A stretch of 62,662 bases of DNA, counting the filler, from Choristocarpus tenellus KU-1152 (lineage: Eukaryota > Protista > Phaeophyceae), in the NCBI GenBank assembly GCA_964200185.2. It is 9 parts of 9 records of this genome, joined end to end, with 100 filler letters (N's around TTAATTAATTAA, not from the genome) between each part and the next. Parts side by side here need not be neighbours in the genome. Positions count along the whole stretch, not along the records: positions 37,167 to 44,032 come from CAXNAD020007183.1; positions 44,133 to 54,286 come from CAXNAD020003117.1; 7 more parts are not named here. One strand, written 5' to 3'. Positions 38,614 through 50,400 of this stretch are shown piece after piece (position 1 is the first letter of the stretch; each line of letters starts with the position of its first letter). The position numbers were made by a program, and so were the translations under genes. The notes under the pieces are model-generated. The model worked only from the letters and a program-made list of their open reading frames with translations. It searched no databases and was not told where the DNA came from.

Positions 38614-41038
38614 CCTTGGATCAGTTGCATTTCCCAAAACCTTTATCCCTATCTATGCGATGTTGGTGTAGTGTCTAAGTTTGAAACCCAGAATCCTTGG
38701 GACGCGATAATCGCGCGCGGGATAAACACACTTTCCTCGCATTTTAAATTTTTGTGTTCAAGTGTGATACTGTACCTACCTTCCTACCAAGGTATACCTT
38801 TAATGTACCCTTCCTTTACAAGATATACCCCTACTGTTTCCTCATATGATACGAGCATTTGCGTCCTGATGAAGTCGTTATCAGTCGTGTCAGTGGAGGT
38901 TACAACCCCCCCTCATTCACTTTCCTTGTTACTCCTTTCCTGAGTGACCTTCTGAGGGTTGCTCACCCTCCTACCTTGTCTCTCTCCCTTGCGTTCTTCA
39001 TTGTGGGTCTTCCGCCTCCCCTTCAGCTTAAGGAACCTTTTTGGCAGTTTCCACCTGTTTCACAAAAAAAGAGGTTCATTATATTGATAGAACCCTAGAT
39101 CTATCAGTTTAAATTATTAATCCCAATTTATTTACTAGGTAGAAAATATAAACTTGTAAACACACTTGTTTAGGATTGTGGTGGAGTATGAATTCAAGGA
39201 TTTCAACAATTAATTACAGATTTGGAGGGAGAGGTTTCAGTTGGTGGAGGGGGTTGTGAAGGCTCACCTGTAACAGATTGCCGTCAGTACAGCACCACAA
39301 CAGGCAATAAATAGTTTTGTCAGGGTGTGCTGTCCTCTTTGACCTGGACACTGGACCGATAACCAAAGTGGGTCCTGGTGTAGACTCTTGAGAATATTCC
39401 CTCACTTCTAGACCACCTTTCTTCATATTCCTAGTAGTATAAAGGTAATCCAACAGCTGCGGCAAAATAATCATACTTCGTACAAGTATAGCATTTCGTA
39501 CCCCTTGTCCCTCAATACTATTGCAAATGATGTTGCATATTAGAACCTCACAGGGGGGCATACTGCTGCGGACAATCAATATACATTTCACAACATTTTC
39601 ATGTCACACTTGTCCAAAAGGGGGGAAACCCATACTAAACAACTTTAAACTCTCCCACTTGACACAAATTCAGATATGGTTGTGAATGAAATTTATGGAG
39701 ATCACAGGGACTTATTGGAAAGTATGTAATTAAAAGTAATTGGATCATCAGGTACATGAAGAGTTTATTTGTAGTAGTCAAATCTGGTCGAAAACTGTAC
39801 CGGCAGGACAACGCCTTCCTGAGGAAGTTAGGATTAACACATAATGACTTGGTTGCCTTCAAGAGGAAGTCCCGAGATTTCTGGAACCACGTAGCTAGCT
39901 AGGACCATAACTCCTCAAAGAGAGAGATTCGTAACACAAAAAGACAGTAATATTATTATATAATATAAAAATATAATCCACAACACATCCACTGTCAAGT
40001 AGGCCTCAACACTAGATCCTGCAGACTGCTGAAATGTAGACAGGGATGTGCTTACAATGTCAAATCCTCTGTCATAACAAACAAGAGCAATAATTCAACG
40101 CATGACAAAACACAATATATCATTACTATCAGCAGTTGTTCTCTAATTGCTGTTGTGACAAGTGGATGATCCACAAATTGCAGCAGAGCATGGGGCAATA
40201 CTACTACAAACAATTAAGAATACTTACAGATCCCTCTAACTCCACATCACCTGCTGGGGCTTCACAATACTCAAGTAAAAAAGGATTGTGTGCTGGCAGG
40301 GAGGTATGGTGTGGCTTTTTGCTGGTGATGATGAAACACTGAACACCTTTGAAATGATACTGTTTTTTAGGATCAGCAAAGAATCCCAGGTCCAAACCAA
40401 GGAAAGCAATGACAAAGACTGTGGGCTAAGAAAGTTGTCATTCAACTACCACACAGAGACTTGCATGTATGACTAGCTCATTATAATTGTGTGTTTAAAC
40501 ATGAACGAATGTCGCTCAGCTTGGAACCCAAGTACACGAATAGGAAGCATCCTAGATAACTTAGCCCTGTTTCTCAACCTCAATGTGGTAAAGTGAATAC
40601 ATTCCGTTGAAAGAAAACCTTGGACTCCACCAAGTGCCATGTTGAGCAAATGACCAAGCCCAAACCAGCACATCAAGGGGCCTCTTGCTACCCAATAGAT
40701 GAGATCCTTCTGAGCTCTACTATATCCTACTGTTGAGTGCCGATGCTTAGGGGTATCTTTGGCTTCCATACACACCTCTCTTGCCTCGAAATCACTCCGA
40801 TGAGACGCAACACTTCTCTACCGAGCGAAAGCAATACTATGTTTCAAACAGAAACCTGGTACCAGTTTTTACCAGGCATCCAACTCGAGACCCAATGAAA
40901 CAAACTTTCACTACGCAAACGTAGCACCAAATCCCCAGCAAGTCATTGACTTGTGTACATGAAAGATTTACTCAGCACATACCAGCATACCAGCCAAAGC
41001 ATAACACTACCCACCCCAGCTCCCTCACAAAACGCATA

Positions 41039-42940
41039 TCAGCGCCTCACCCTTCCCCCCCGACCACTCATCATATTGTTGCTTTGGCTGCCAGACGAAC
41101 CAGGACCCCTTCTCCCACCACCCCCTGTGGGTGGTCTGCTGAAGTCCTGTCCTCTGGTTGTGTTTCCAGGAGGAGCTGAATATCCTCCGCTATAGCCCTC
41201 AGTTCCCTCATACGTTCCCTCCCCTCGGTAGCCCCCCCCCTGGAAATTTTCACCCCTGTTGGAGCCCCGTCCTCCCACGTACACTCCACCCCCCTGCACA
41301 TTACCTCCAGCCCCAGCACCCTGCTGACTCGGTGTGAATCTACCATCCCTATTGAAGCCCTCATCCCTGTTGTCAAAGTTTCCACCCCTGTTAAAGCTTG
41401 TGACAGCCCCACCTTCAACACCTCCTTGGAATGTCTGCCCACTGTTGACTTCCCCTCCTCTAGTCCCAGATTCCCAACTTGCAGGTGCACCAGTTCTCCC
41501 CATCCCCTCTGACTCAAACCTCACCCCCCCGACAGGCTGGGGGACATTGTTAGTTGGCCTGGCATCCCTCCCTGGTCCCATCACCTGTCTGCGAGTAGTA
41601 TCATGTCGGAACATGCAGGCTTGCCCATTAGCAAGAGTGCTGCAATTACCACCCATCCAGTATTCTATGCATGCCCCTGGGGGTGCACCCGATGTCTCCT
41701 GCATGCCCACTGTCTTGGCAGGTGGTTCACGTGCAGGGCTGATCCTCACCTCTAGTCCGTCATTAAGCTCAGCAGCATCTGCTCGTCGCTTGCTACCAAC
41801 ACCATGTGAGTCTGTTGGCAAGGTACTAATATTCATGATACGGACCAAGTTGCGTCCATCCTCAGCCACCAGAGCTCGTGTTCTTTTGAACTTGGGAGGA
41901 GGGACAATGGGGACCTCGTCCAACTGCGGTGGGTTGTACGGGTGCCTTGCGAGGACCTGGGAAGCCACATTTCCGAGGTCTAAAGAGAACTCTCCCAGAT
42001 CGAGATCAACGGCCTCCAGAACCGCTCGGCGAACGGCATCAGTAGAGGAGCTAAGCACACCTTGATGCGTCATGAGGTACCGCTCCAACATATCTGCCAT
42101 GGACTTAAGAGACGCGGTGAATAGATCTACTCTCCGTGCACATAGATCCAAAGGCAACGACATACCATGGCGTAGGACCATTTGGATTGCGAGAGTCCAT
42201 GTTCGGAAATGGACATGCACCGGGGGAATGACCTTTCCCCCCCCCATTTGTGGGGGGTAGTATTCTCCTACAGTGAACTCGCCCATCTTGGCAAGCTGTT
42301 TCGCTACTGTAGGCGTAACCTCGACCTGGGCCCTCAGAATTTCATTAAGAGCTGCGAAGGTTAATTCTCCAGGTGGAAAGGAACCCCCGCGGAGGAGAAA
42401 CAACCTGACCGATTCTTCGCCCGACACTTGCCCAGCTCCATTCCCCCCACGATGATACCACCTCTTACCCAGCGTCTGGGCGGTTCCGTTGGCGCCGACC
42501 TCCGTCCTACTGGGCACAGTCGTGGGGCCATAGGACGGGGCACTCACTGGCCAGGGCGAAACACCCTCCTTCCCCAAGGTTATCACCCCACCTGTGCTTC
42601 CTTTTATGGCTGGTCTCTCCCCTGTTCCCAAGGCCTCGAGTCCAGTTGCCCCAGCCCCTATGGATGCTATCTGTGTCATTATAGAAAGTCGAAGATTGAG
42701 CCTTTCGTTCAATCTATCCTCCTTCTGTCGGAGCTGCTTCTTCTCGTTCTCAAAAGCTTCCAGTCTTCGAAGCAGAGTGTTCCTGTCTGAAATGCCCAGA
42801 AATGGGGCACCCCCACGAAGGGCAGTTTCCACATCTATGGTCTTCGCTTCTACCTTCGATATTTCTTGCCAGGTCCCCACAAGCTGAGCCCGAACATCCA
42901 CAACGTCCACCTCATCGGAAGGAAACTTTCCAGGAGCCAT
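41039..42940 (-). CDS. Intronless 633-aa protein: N-terminal coiled coil, helical core, CCCH zinc finger, Gly/RGG-rich tail; Gag/ORF1-like
   Basis: Uninterrupted ATG-to-TGA ORF with LEAFENEKKQLRQKEDRLNERL coiled coil, CIEYWMGGNCSTLANGQACMFRH (C-x8-C-x8-C-x3-H) and many RGG/GGRG motifs. Confidence 0.75.
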   Translation of the reverse strand: MAPGKFPSDEVDVVDVRAQLVGTWQEISKVEAKTIDVETALRGGAPFLGISDRNTLLRRLEAFENEKKQLRQKEDRLNERLNLRLSIMTQIASIGAGATGLEALGTGERPAIKGSTGGVITLGKEGVSPWPVSAPSYGPTTVPSRTEVGANGTAQTLGKRWYHRGGNGAGQVSGEESVRLFLLRGGSFPPGELTFAALNEILRAQVEVTPTVAKQLAKMGEFTVGEYYPPQMGGGKVIPPVHVHFRTWTLAIQMVLRHGMSLPLDLCARRVDLFTASLKSMADMLERYLMTHQGVLSSSTDAVRRAVLEAVDLDLGEFSLDLGNVASQVLARHPYNPPQLDEVPIVPPPKFKRTRALVAEDGRNLVRIMNISTLPTDSHGVGSKRRADAAELNDGLEVRISPAREPPAKTVGMQETSGAPPGACIEYWMGGNCSTLANGQACMFRHDTTRRQVMGPGRDARPTNNVPQPVGGVRFESEGMGRTGAPASWESGTRGGEVNSGQTFQGGVEGGAVTSFNRGGNFDNRDEGFNRDGRFTPSQQGAGAGGNVQGGGVYVGGRGSNRGENFQGGGYRGEGTYEGTEGYSGGYSAPPGNTTRGQDFSRPPTGGGGRRGPGSSGSQSNNMMSGRGGRVRR

Positions 42941-43952
42941 CCTCTGTCTCCCGTATTAGGTAGCGAGCAGTGTGAAGGGGTCAGTTTTTTGTCAATGGAT
43001 CCGGGCGTTGGTGTAAGCATGAGTGGCGTTTACGATATAATATAACCGTTACCTCTGATCCTAGTAACACCACTCATCAAAAGTATCAATTCCACCCCAG
43101 TTCTCCCTCCCTCTTTATCCTTGCTAACGACATGGGACCCCTCGACAATGATGACATTATCAACACGTTCCCTTTGATAAAACTAGCCCAAGCCTTGACA
43201 GCAGACGCAGTCTCGGAAACACTTGGTAAAGCCAATCAACCATCAAAAGGAAGTGGAGTCTTCGAAACACGCGCAGTTAATGAGAAGGTGCATCATAGAT
43301 CATTCGCCAGATCATGCCCTCTGTCGGTTCGAATATCCTTTCAGGGTACACCTATTATGCTATTGCATATACCGCAGCCCTACTGAGGTCAGACGTCTCT
43401 AGTGAGCTCGTCTAGGTGTTGTGGTGTGTTGACAAGGCTTTCCATTGGTTTCGGAGTGACCCTATACCGCATCCCACACACCAGACATCATCCGCTAAAG
43501 ACGTCACAACTAGAGAATATTTGGTGCAGAGTTAGACCAGATTATACTTATAAAGTCCCGTGCCTCTCCTAATCATTCCTTGGGTCCTGTAACAAGAGTT
43601 GTGCCTATGCTCTTGTAGATTCCTTCATGAAAAAGCTGCACAATGGTAATCTTTGCCCAACCTGTGCCTTCAACTTGTCCATTGAGTCATTAGATATATG
43701 GAAAGATAAGCAGGAGACAAGCTGTGGCCAGACTTCGGGGAAAAAACTCGTCCAGGACAGTCACATCCAAGGAACAAAACTTGGGCAATCCATCATCTTC
43801 ATCCCTCCAGAACGTCTCCACAAGTGAATCAGTGAAGGTGCAAAGGTTGCACGGACGCGGCACTGGACGAACCCTCAACAAGCATGCTGTTGCTACCAGT
43901 ATTGGCATGTCATTCGTACAGTTTGATATCAATCAGGTAATTTCACGCATTG

Positions 43953-44156
43953 GGGCCCAAAGTATTTGGGGGGGGGGGTGGCAGCTGTTCATTCGGGGCC
44001 CATTTTTTCATATCGAGATTTTTTGGTGATTTNNNNNNNNNNNNNNNNNNNNNNNNNNNNNNNNNNNNNNNNNNNNTTAATTAATTAANNNNNNNNNNNN
44101 NNNNNNNNNNNNNNNNNNNNNNNNNNNNNNNNCCCCCCCCACAGATACTTTGGGTC
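43953..44156 (-). mobile_element. MITE family A ends on both sides of a linker
   Basis: GGCCCAAAGTATTTG(G)n before the gap and (C)nACAGATACTTTGGGTC after it. Confidence 0.75.
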
Positions 44157-44425
44157 TAGATGAGAAGATACTCACCCTCCATCATGTAGCTCGAGGTATT
44201 GATGTTGTATGTGACTGGAGATGAATGCTGCGTTCTCACGTGCTAGTATACCAATCAGACATACGTAGTCGCATGCCCTACCCAAGTAGTGTCGAGAATT
44301 GACAGTCCATGAACCGGGTAGAAAGAAGATATCAGAGAATGGGGAAATCAATTTGTTGGATGTGATTTTGGAGAACAAATAAATTGTCAAAAAATCAAAA
44401 TCAGTGGTGGAATAGCTGCATGTTC

Positions 44426-47400
44426 CTCAGTCAAATACAGTGCTCAGTTTTTTTCCTTTCTGAGTAGTTTGGCCATGAGGTTTGCAGGGGACAACAATTG
44501 CGGATACCCCTTCCTACGAAAGGGATACTTGCATTAATGAGAATTTGAGCAAGAAGATAGATTATTGTTAGCTTTAGTCCTGTGTTCTCGGTCATTGAAG
44601 GGCGGCAGAAGTATGTAAAAATGGGCAGAGTAGAGCAAAAAAATAGGACAGCATAGCATAGCAGTAGATACAGGAAGCTTAGGGAGCACCTACTATATTT
44701 TCCATGGGATAGACCAACATGGAAGCAGTTGCTGTTTTAATGTTGCAGTCTATAAGGCCTGGTGAGCATTGTGCACCATCAGGTGTCATGTGTTCCTATG
44801 GACATACAAAAAGACACGTAAACATATGACACACAACTCAATTTATGCCACAGGAAAACAAGATTTTCACTACTCATAATCAAATACTTCTGCATCACCT
44901 TCGTACCCTATCAGACCCTCATACAACCTTCAACACACATCAAACATATCTCACCTTCTTACATCTACTGAGGCACGTGAGAACGCTTTATTTTGAAGAA
45001 CTGCCAAAGATGTTAGAAGGAGACGGTATGGCTCAGGAAGAGCTAGGGCTACCCCAACAGCAGGTTGAATAAGTCTTTCGTGGTAGGTAAGAGCAGCAAA
45101 TAGTGGGCACACCATTAAACAGACAATTAGTGAAAGTAGGAGATATTTCCAAACAGCTTACTTGTCATTGGAGAGCAGTGCTGTCAAGCATGGGTGAGGA
45201 TGAGTTAGTCCCTCCCATGATCATTGTATCTGATTCGAGTTCGTGCTGGTCAATGTTTTGTCGTTGTTTGTAACATACTCCATAGTAACTCTGCAGCATG
45301 ACTTTGGGAACACCAGCAATCAATAACTCGCATAGTCAAGTACTCCAGATTAGCTTAAAATTGAAGAGAGAGCACAGGAAGGAAAGAGGGAGACACTCTT
45401 TCACTATGAAAAGCCTGTGGTATTCTGCATCTAATGAGATATTCATCTGGTTTCTTGGCCAACAACGGGCATACGTGACACATACATCACAAAAAACGCT
45501 ACACATTGCAGATCCATATTTTCGTCCTCTCCTCCTCACCCACGCCTCGATAATGCCTCTGGGAATACAAGCTTTTCCAAGGCAGCAAGTTGGATTGAGG
45601 TCAGTTGACCCCTTGAAGATAAAATCCGAAAAACATCCAGCAACCCCACCAACTCCGCCAATAGCGCTTTCATTGCTTTCCCTTCCCCCTCTCCAAGTGC
45701 CTGTATTGGAGGGAATTGGAGTGGGATGGAAGATTTGATCTTTTCTCAATGTAAACCGGCAAACCTAAGCCCATTAGGAGCAGTGAATGGCCAAGTAGTT
45801 CTAGAAGACTGGCTTGAGAGGGAACAGTCATCTCTCACCTTATGACTATTACCAATTTGTGGAGTTGGTGATGAGATGTCAAGGGAAGAAACATCAGTGT
45901 ACAGTGTACTTTGCAGATCTTGCAGTAATGCAATTTGTTAAGCTTCAAAGTACAAGAAATTGCCAGCAAGTGCACGGTGGACCATGCTTCGTCCTGAATA
46001 CAGTATGTACAATATTTTGATATCATATACGTTCAACAGACCTTGGAATATTTCGGACTGGTCTCTTGAGTGGGCTAATGGATTAGAAGAGGGAATAAAC
46101 TCGTGCTCCAGTAAGCTACATTGACCGAACACAACCAAACACGTTCCGCCATTTAACATTATGTAATACGTGCTTTTCCATGTTGAGACAGGGTGTCGAA
46201 TTCCAATGATGTGGCAAAGGAGAGCATGATCTCCCTTTTTGCTGTACAACAAAACACAGGGTAGATCGTGCTTATGCTGGACTGTTTTCATTATTTTATT
46301 TGGACCGCTTATTGCCTCAGAGTCGGCGCCTTCTTGTATAAGTGCAATTATGCTCAGTAATATTTTCATCATGTATTTAAACTGTGGCTGCAGTGTGGTA
46401 GGAGTGTATTATGACCCAAGGTGACTTCAGAGTATTGCAGCCTTCAACCTGATTTGCATAAGCTCCCCACTCTGAACCTTGTTTTCTTGGTCAAAGATCC
46501 ACCCTTGTCACCAGACATGCATGTGGGGACGTGGGGACGTAGAAATGACAAGATACGACTATAGATCTTAGCGCTTCCTTCCAGTCTAGCTTCAACTTTC
46601 AAGGCGGAGTCATTCGAGGTTGCTAACTCATGTAGGAAGTCCATACAGTCGCCCATCTGGCTCCACCTGTCACTCTTATACACTCCATGCCTCTGCAGCT
46701 TTAGACACAGCAGCAGTAAGAGCATATGAATGATGGGCGTATTATTCTAGGATACAAATATTTGCATTTTATACAAAGCGTGAAAGGGTCGGACCATGTA
46801 TGGATGAGAGAATTCCCAGATTACCTGCAATTTTCTCATCTCCAACATCCCTCGCTCAAGGCGGTCCCATAATACCCCTGCGCACTTTAGCAAGCCCTGC
46901 TGACCCTTTGGTGAACCACCAGCCTCAACATACTCTCCTCTTGCTTCACCCAGTAGAGAGAGAATTTGTAGCAAAGCTGGGGCTCCTGCTCAAGAATGCA
47001 CCAGTTGAAAAGAGGGGGGAAGTATGGGGGATATCAGGTAGGATATAATGGGCTAAGCATGGTCTGATTTGGGGTGATATGGTTTCGGAGAGGCAATATT
47101 AATTCAAGTACAGAGGTTGGTGGTATGTACACCACACCCTTATATCCTAGAGAGTTCTACTCCGTAAAATCGTCATGACCAGTCAATGCTATCCATACAC
47201 ACTGTACAGTGAAGTCAGAACACACCTTGTTCGTCAGTGTCCATATCCTTGGAGTACAGATCCAAGCACTTGAAAACACTTTGTGGGATAACAAAAAGAA
47301 CACACCTGGTGTTGTAGTTTCTTCTGTAATTACAACCACATATAATTTACGCCTTGCTATTTGTATTGAAGTTATTGCATCATTTCCCGATCAACAACTT

Positions 47401-50400
47401 GTACATGATTGTGACCCATGAAAGAGAGCTCATCAGTCTCACCACTGCAGAGGTCAGAGTCATCATCGTTGGGGCTATCAACCTCGCAGCACCCCCCACC
47501 CCTCCCTCTGATGCAGCCACTTGTGCCACCATGAGTGGTGGAATAGAGCCTGAGCGCAGTTTCCATGAGTGAAGATATATGATCGCAATCCATGCTTGCT
47601 AGAAGGTCTCGCAGCACCTGAAGAAGTCACAGTACAGCGGAAGAGATTAATTATAAATGCTCAATGGTGTAGTGAAATGTAGGCCTTAGGGAAAGCAAGC
47701 CAGCAAACCCTTTTTGGTAGTGACTTGGGGTTCTTGGCTTCAATACAATTTATGGTTTTGCTCCACAGTTAAAAATAACTTTCCCCTCCCACTCCCTACT
47801 ACTTCAAAGTATGTAATATGAGGTCCATTCCTACAAGGTCAAAAGGTATGCTATCAAGTACAGGCAGACTCCAAGCATAAGAAAGTTGCCGACTTTATCA
47901 GACTGTCAACAGAACCAGCAATATACACCAGTGTATCATTGTAGAGTACAGGATATTTCGTACAATACTCTGAATCAACACTGCACACCTTCACACGCGA
48001 TGCTACCTCCCTCCCTCCTCCATCCCCTCTATCAACCCCCCAAGTCGATTGCTCCTCCTGGTAGGCCCCTTCCCCTCCACTGCAGCACCTTGCCTTACAA
48101 CCAGCTATTAGCTCAATGGTGGCTGTTAGGAGCTTTAACAAACCAGAACAAAAGCTGACTCTGGCAACCTCTCTTGTAGCCCTCTTTGCCTATCAGATTC
48201 AAACATTGGATACAACGAGGACAGGCACCTCTCAAATAAGGAAGCAGCAAATTAACGGTTTATCCTCTTGAGATCAACGAGTTCAAGGGAGGGAACATTG
48301 GTCAAAGATAAGTGGGAAGATAACCAAAAGGTCATAACAAAGCTTCAGTTACATTCACCGGTTAAAGGATTTTAACCACAGTAGGCTTAAGGCTAATCAC
48401 CTCCTCTGCCCCACACCCCCTCAATGCTAGGCAATGCTCAAAACAGCTCAAGATCAAAGCCGGATTGGTGTGGAGAATCACGACCGGTAGGGAGAGCAGA
48501 TCACGTGCACCGTCTGCTGCCTTTCGAAGAATTCCTCCCATTCGAGAAGTGGTGTTTTCAGCACACCTGCTCAACCCTTCTATCACGCTCCTACTGCCAA
48601 CCCCAACACCTCCCTCGGAAGCAATGGATTCAAGCATTCCCAAAGCTCCGACCACCACCTTCCAGGGAATCAGCAAACGTTAGGGAGAGGGAGGGGATAG
48701 TATAGAGGAGGTTACATGCTTGGGTGCTGGTCCCTCTGCTGATGTGTAGTGTACTACATAGTCTGTGGAGGATAAGAGAGAAGTGCCCCAAATAAATTGT
48801 TGCACAATAGCACAAATTGCGTCGAGTGATATATCACCTTACACAGGGGTAGTACTATTGGTGATATCATTTTGAGGGACATAGAGGTAGCATCATGAAT
48901 ATAATTCGCTGGCTTTAGACTAGCAACATACCCCACATTGAGGGGAGGGGGGGATAGGACAGAGAAGTATCAAATTAGCACCATAGTATACAGGGAACAG
49001 AAATGCGTTCACCCTATATTTCTTGTGTTTTCTTCTGTGGTCATCTTAGCAAGAGCACGACAAGCAATTAATGTCAAAGACGGCGCTTGGGAGTAGTTGA
49101 AAAGTAGAGAAGAAGCATACAGGGGGCTGACACACTTGGCTGATACCAGATCTCAATATGTGCAGTAGGGTCCTACATTAGACTTCCTTGCTTTTCTTTT
49201 TGTTCAAAAAAGCGAATTCCAATGCGGAATTGAATAATTGGCTATACATTACTTCAAAGCACAGATGCCGCTTACAAACAAATCAACAATAGATATTCTG
49301 ATCCAGTTGGTAGTGTCTTCAATATACAAAAATTGTGATGCATTCAATTAGGTCAGTGATGTTCATGTCTAAAAATATTACATTCCCACATTGCAAGGTG
49401 TGATTCGAAAAGATCCTGACCTATTAACAAAAAAGAAGGGTTTTATCACTGGAATAGGTACCCAAAATCATATACTGGGTATATCGCTGCATGTGTATCC
49501 CTGTACACTACATGAACAAGCGGATCACGCTACATTGCTGTAAAACCACTACAGAGTCGGGCCAGGAAGTTTCAAACTACTACATGAACATACATATTAT
49601 GACACTTCAGCAACAAAAGAAAGAAACGTAAGGGGTGAAAACCTTACACGCAAGTCATCCACACCATTCACGATAATATTGGGCTGCCAGAGTAGAAGAA
49701 AGAAGAAAGGCAATATAGAAGCGAAAGTCAGCAAAGACACCCACCTCAGACACCAAAGCTCTTTCTTCCTCTTTCTCTTTCTCTTTCTCAAGTCCAACCC
49801 CACTCTTGATCCCTCCCTGAGGGTTACATTGGACGCCACGTCCGTCGCCACAGTCTATTCCTCCAACCTCTCTCCTGCCACCCTCATCATCAGTACTATT
49901 GCTCCCACCTCTCTCTGTAGGCCCTGCATACATCCTGAGCAATCGCAGGAGGCAGGTCTGAGCCTTGATCCGTACTGCTCTTGACTCATCTAACCGTAGA
50001 ACCGTCATTGTAGTGGACAGGCCAAATATGAGGATCCTGCTTTTGCCAGCAATACCTCCCCCTACCCTTTGCTCAAGATATGTTGTGGCGGCTATGCCTG
50101 AGCCCTGGACCTCCCCCAACCCCCACTCTTCCACCTCAGCCCTCCTTTCTTCAGCTGCCGCCAATCCACATACCGTGTCAGGGTAACCTGTTCAGAGCAG
50201 TGGAGGCATGGCAGAGCTATTACAAAACTGTCAACACCAAATGGTGAGCAGGGCAGCACTTGGTTTCCACTCCGGCGGACACCACCCACTTCCTCGCCAT
50301 AGCACTGATGTCGACAACAATTTACCCTTTCTCAATTCGTCCCTTTTCTCTCATTAATCTACGTAACGATCACCTCAGAGCTGACTCTTTTTGATATGCC

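Noticed and set aside
41334-42065. 243-aa plus-strand ORF
   Set aside because: Antisense shadow of the 633-aa ORF with no independent motif.
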